This document shows positions 55,711 through 64,000 of a stretch of DNA of 64,000 nucleotides, in pieces. Location: NCBI RefSeq assembly GCF_009914755.1, contig NC_060935.1; one strand, 5' to 3'. The position numbers and the translations under genes are program-made. The stretch comes from the human T2T-CHM13v2.0 reference genome, Homo sapiens. The notes under the pieces were generated by a model. The model searched no databases. It was not told the origin of the DNA and was given only the letters and a program-made list of their open reading frames with translations. Within the stretch, counting starts at the first letter, position 1. Every line of letters begins with the position of its first letter.

Positions 55711-56622
55711 TATATTTAGCAAAATCCAACGGTTTTTCTTTGGATTCAGAGTCTGGAGTGCTCACCATTACACCATGGAACCATTCCAACTGTTTTCTCT
55801 ATGCTCACACTCAATACAGAACATTTCTGTGAGATGTGTGCAGTATTTCCCAACCAGCCAGTTCTCTAACTCCAGCTGGGTGTCCTATGGTTTAACTCAA
55901 TTCTGAAATGACAACCTGGATATAGTGTTAGCTCTCATGGACTAAGGGCTCAATCCCACAAGACTAACCCAACTTCAGATGTCAATTGAAAGTCCAGGTT
56001 GTCAACTGTGTTTCTGACTGACTGGCTGTAAATCAGAGATATATTCCCTCTTCATGTTCAGTCATTTGCTAGAGTGGCTCACATGACTCAGGAAAGACCT
56101 TTACTTACTATTATATGTTTATTATAAAAAAATACAACTTTGGAACAGCCAGTTGGAAGAGATGCATAGGGCAAGGTTCAGAAGGGTCTCCAGCAGGGGA
56201 GATTCTGTCCCTATGGAGTTAGGGTACACCACCCTACCAGCATGCGGGTATGTTCTTGTTTACCAACCCAGAAGCTCTCTGTATTCCATCTGGTGGATTT
56301 TTTATGGAGGATTCAACACATAGACATACTTGATGAAATCATTGGCCATTGGTGATCAACTCAACCTTCAGCCCCTCCCTCCTCCACCCTGGAGATTCCA
56401 TGTTGAGGTTGGGGATAGGCTGAAAATTCCAACCATTTAATCACTTAGTTGGTTCCCCTGGCAATTAATCCTTATTTTGAGGCTATCCGGGAGCCCCCAG
56501 TCATCAGTAATCTCATTAGCATAGAAAAAAATCACTTTGGAGATTCCAAGAGTTTTAAGCCCTCCATGCCAACAATTGAAATGAAAAACAAATATATATA
56601 TTTATTATAAATCACAATGGCA
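55711..56622 (-). mobile_element. MER21-like solo LTR
   Basis: CAGCTGGGTGTCCT...CAATTCTGA, GGAAGAGATGCATAGGGCAAGG, and TATTATAAATCACAAT end; GTGAT on both flanks. Confidence 0.75.
55741..55782 (-). pseudogene. 3'-truncated tRNA-Gln(CTG) retropseudogene (5' 42 nt)
   Basis: Minus strand GGTTCCATGGTGTAATGGTGAGCACTCCAGACTCTGAATCCA; flanked by A(A/T)TCCAAC(G/T)GTTTT direct repeats. Confidence 0.9.
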
Positions 56623-56693
56623 TGTGATATTGTGCACATTTTCATATGCCATCTGTATGTCTTCTCTGGGGGAATGTTCATTCAGTTTCTTTA

Positions 56694-59715
<3,022 letters not shown>

Positions 59716-61579
59716 AAATAAAGTTATTTTATTTTATTGCTATTGAGTTGTAGGAATTCCTTATATATTTGCATATTAACTCATTATCAAATATATTGTT
59801 TGCAAATATTTTCTCTTAGTCTGTAGGTTGCTTGATCATTTTGTTGATTGCTTCCTTTGCTGTGCAGAAGCTTTTTAGTTTTATGCAGTCCCATTTATCC
59901 ATTTCTGCTTTTGTTACCTGAGGTTTTTGTATTATATCCAAGAAATCATTACTAAGACAAATTTCAAGATTTTCCCTTCTATTTTCTATTAGAAGTCTTA
60001 TAGCTCAAGGTATTGCTTTTAAAAATCCATTATGAGCTAATTTTTGTGTATGGTATAAAATGGTATAAAATAAAGATACAATTTCTTTTCTTTTCTTTTT
60101 TTTGCATGTAGACACCCAGTTTTCCCCAGTTTTCTGTATTTTTGGTACTTCTGTTGAAGATCAGTTGACCATACAGATATGAATGAGTTTATTTCTAGGC
60201 CTTCTATTCTGTTCCAAAGGTCCATTCTATCCAATTTTTCTGCCAGTGCTATCATGTTTTGATTACTGTAGCTTTGCCATATAGTTTGATGTCAATTAGT
60301 GGGAAACCTCTAGTTTTGTTTTCTTACTCAAGATTGCTTTGGCCATTTGGGGAGTTTTGTGGTTCCATATGAATTGTAGAATTGTTTTTCTATTCTTCAG
60401 AAAATGCCATTGGGATTTTAATAAAAGTTGCATTATATCTGCAGATTAACTTGGATAGTATAAACATTTTAATAACATTTTCATTTAATCCATAAACATG
60501 AAATCTCTTTACATTCATTTATGTCAGCCTTAATTTCTTTCATCAGTGTTTTCTAGTTTTCATTGTACAAGTCTTTCATCTCCTTGGTTAAGTTTGTTCT
60601 TAAGTATCTTATTCTTCTTGACGTGATTGTAAATGAGATGGTTTTCTTAATTTTTCTCAGTTCATTGACAGTGTTTAAAAACATACAGCTGCATTTTGTA
60701 TGTTGATTTTGTATCCCACAACTTTATCAAATTAGTTTATTGGTTCTAATGGTTTCTTTCACATGTGTGTTTGAGTGGGTGGAGTATTTAGCGTTTTCTA
60801 TGTATATGATCATGCCATTCACAGAGAAAATCTTAGTTTTTCTTTTCTTATTTGGATGCATTTTATTTCTTTTTCTTTCCTAATCCTCTAGTTGGACTTT
60901 CAGTACTACGTTGAAAAGAAGTAGAGAAAGTGGGCATCATTGTCTTGTTCTTAATCTTAGAGACAAAGCTTTTAGCTTTTCACAGTCGAATATGATGTTA
61001 GCTGTGGGCTTGTTGTATATAGGCTTTATTGTGTTGGGGTTCATTCCTTCTGTACTTAATTTGTTGAGAGTTTTTATCATGAAAAGATGTTTTGTCAAAT
61101 GTTTTGTCTGCATGTATTGAGATTATCTTCTTAATTTCTATTCTTTATTCTTTCAGTGTTGGTATTATATTTACTGATTTGGTTATGTTTAACTATCCTT
61201 GCATCCCAGGGATAAATTCCACTTGATCATGGTGTATGATCCTTTTAATGTGCTGTTAAATTCAGTTTGTTAGTATTTGTTGATAATTTTTTACATCTAT
61301 GTTCTTTAGGAATATTGGACTGTAATTTTCTTGTAGTGTTATTTCTGGCTTTGGTATTAGGGTAATGCTGGCTTTATAAAATAAGCTTGGAACTTTTCCC
61401 TTCTTCCCAGGTTTTTTTGAAAAATTTGAGAAGGATTAGGATTGATTCCTCTTTAAATATCTGGTAGAATTCACCAGAGAAACTGTCAGGTCCTAGGTTT
61501 TCTTTAATGGGAGATTTATTACTGTCTTAATCTCCATACTCATTGTCAGTTCAGATTTTTTATTTCTTCATGATTAATC

Positions 61580-61872
61580 TTTTTTTTTTTCATCAGTGTC
61601 TCACTCCTGTCACACAGGCTGGAGTTCAGTGGTGTGATCTTGGCTCACAGCAGACTGGACTTCCCAGGCTCGGAAGATCCTCTGCCCTCAGCCTCCCAAA
61701 TCGCTGGGATAACAGACATGCACCACTATGCCTGGCTAATTTTTGTATTTTTAGTAGAGACGTGGTTTTGCCATGTTGTCCATGCTGGTCTTGAACTCCT
61801 GGGCTTAAGCAATCTGCCCATCTTGGCTTCCCCAAGTGCTGGGATTGTAGTCATGAGCCACTGTGCCCAGCC
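61580..61872 (-). mobile_element. AluJ-like element
   Basis: Diverged dimer; flanks ATGATTAATCTT and ATGATTCAATCTT. Confidence 0.88.
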
Positions 61873-62754
61873 TATGATTCAATCTTGATAGGTTGTATGT
61901 TTCTAGAAATCCATTTTTTCTAGGTTATAATATCTAATTTGATGATGAATGCTTGTACATAGTAGTCTCTTATGATCCTTTGTACTTCTCCAGTATCAGT
62001 TGTATCTTCTCTTTCATTTATAATTTTACTTGAGTCTTTTTTAAGAAAACCTTGCTAAAGTTTTATACAATTTGTATATCTTTTCAAAAAAACCACTCTA
62101 GCTTCACTGATCTTTTTAATATATTTTAGTCCCTATTTCATCCATTTCTGCTCTAATCTTATTATTCTTCATTCTGCTAACTGGTGTGGGTCTGATGTCT
62201 GCATCTGTGGGGATGAGTCTGAAGCCTGGGACTATATGGGTTGGCCTGATGCTGGGGTTTATCGGGCTGGTCTTGGTGCACAGGTCCATAGACAAGCCTG
62301 GGGCTCTCATCACTCTCCTTCCCAACAAGGAGGATCTCTCATTCCTGTGCTATCTGGGGTTGGGGGAAGGGTGACATGGATGACGTAAAGCTGTCCTTCC
62401 TACCCTCTTATTTCTGTGCTTCACTCAGGTGCTGTCATATAGATTCTTTAGTTCTCTCTTTGTGTTATTTCTTACAACTACCTGTAAATCTACATTTATT
62501 AAAAATAAAAGTGTAATAATATATGAATGTAAAATTAAGACATTTACAGAAATAACAAAATCAAAAGAATTCATCACCAGCAGACTTCCAGTGTAAGAGG
62601 TGTTATAGATATTAAAAAGTGTTCATGACATTAGAAAATGATACTACATTGTAACTTGTATATACAAAAAGAAATAAAAGGTACCAGAAATGATAACTAG
62701 ATGGGTAAATATAAAGCTATTTTCTCTTTTTTTAGTTACTTTCTAAATCTTTCT

Positions 62755-63313
62755 TTTTTAAAAAAACTTTTATTTTAGGTTCAGGGTTACATGTATAGCT
62801 TTGTTATTTAGGTAAATTGCATGTCACAGGAGTTTAGTGTACAAATTATTTTGTCACCCAGGTAGTGTGCATAGTACTTGATAGGTAGTTTTTCGTTTTT
62901 CTCCCTCCTCCCACCCTCCACCTTCAAGTACGCCCCAGTGTCTGTTATTTCCTTCTTTGTGTCTATGTGTACTAAATGTTCAACTTCCACTTATAAGTGA
63001 GAACATGTGAGATATATATAGAGAGAAATGCTATTTTATTAAATTCTGGCACTGCCAATTATATATTTATATCTATATATCTATATCTATATCTATATCT
63101 ATATCTATATCTATATCTATATCTATATCTATATCTATGGTTTTCGCTCCTGTATTAGTTTGCTTAGGATAATGGCCTCTATCTCCACCCACGTTGCTGC
63201 AAAGGACATGATCTCATTCTTTTTTATGGCTGTGTATTATTCCATGGTATATATATGTACTACATTTTCTTTTATACAGTCTACCATTGTTGGGCATTTA
63301 GGTGAATTTCATG
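62755..63313 (-). mobile_element. Old L1PA (PA13-16-like) 3' end with internal insertion and (ATCTAT)n microsatellite
   Basis: AACTTTTATTTTAGGTTCAGGGTTACATG...; 10 perfect ATCTAT units at 63079-63138. Confidence 0.85.
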
Positions 63314-63479
63314 ATAAAGCAAAATTTTTATTATTTAATATCTTTTAAAAATAATGACTTATTCCAAACGAAAAACCCACAATAACAATATATTGTGAAG
63401 TTTTAAAAAGTTGTATAAGTAGAAGTACAGTGTATGAGAACAATCTATTAATAATATTGTATCAAACATTTAAGGAAAG

Positions 63480-64000
63480 AAATAATACCAATTACCAAAA
63501 ATTGAAGCGTTTAGAATACTTACCATCTCAGTTAATGAAGACAATATTATTCTGATACCAAAAGTAGACAAAAATATTGCAATAAATAAAATATATAAGC
63601 CAATATCTCTCAAGGATATATATACAAAAATACTTAACAAACTTCTGGCATATCAAATTCAACAATATGTAAAAGGATAATACATGAAGACAATTGGGGT
63701 TCATTCCAGGAATGCAGATTGGTTTAACATTGAAAATCAAACATTGTAACTCACTATATTAACAGACTTAAAGAAAAATTATATGACCATCTCAGCAGAT
63801 GGAGAAAAAGCACTGGACAATATCCGGCATCCATTAATAAAAACTCTCAATAACTTAGAAGTAAAAGGGGACTTCCTCAACCTGATGAAGGATGTCTATG
63901 AAAATCCTACACCTAACCTAAGCAAATATCCTGAAAAACTAAATGCTTTCCCCTAGGATCAAGAACAAGGCACGTATGAAAGAAAAGTTATTTGGAATAT
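63480..64000 (+). mobile_element. Old L1M ORF2 (RT region), running off the window end
   Basis: ...GGGGTTCATTCCAGGAATGCAGATTGGTTTAACATTGAAAATCAA...CAGATGGAGAAAAAGCACTGGACAA. Confidence 0.8.

Overview
AT-rich, very LINE-dense mammalian DNA. I recognise it from the two proteins as part of the human 11q24 olfactory receptor cluster. The only credible protein-coding genes are two convergent single-coding-exon olfactory receptors, OR4D5 (30219-31175, +) and OR6T1 (33469-34440, -). Most of the rest is nested retroelements: a near full-length ancient L1MA, several L1PA/L1PB/L1M copies, a 5'-inverted (twin-primed) younger L1PA, Alu/FLAM, three solo LTRs, MIR/L2 and MER DNA-transposon remnants, and a retroposed 5' fragment of tRNA-Gln. 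Most ORF-track entries are L1/Alu debris. I found no new protein-coding system. The most unusual signal is repeated local copy-and-paste of short segments: a 43-bp inverted copy inside the L1MA (6167-6209), a 100%-identical 171-bp copy inside an LTR (24591-24761), and a ~400-bp patchwork (about 38650-39066) built from three neighbouring donors with a fold-back palindrome at one junction. OR6T1 has an open frame but has lost several highly conserved OR residues. Repeat subfamily names are from recall of consensus sequences, and repeat boundaries are approximate.
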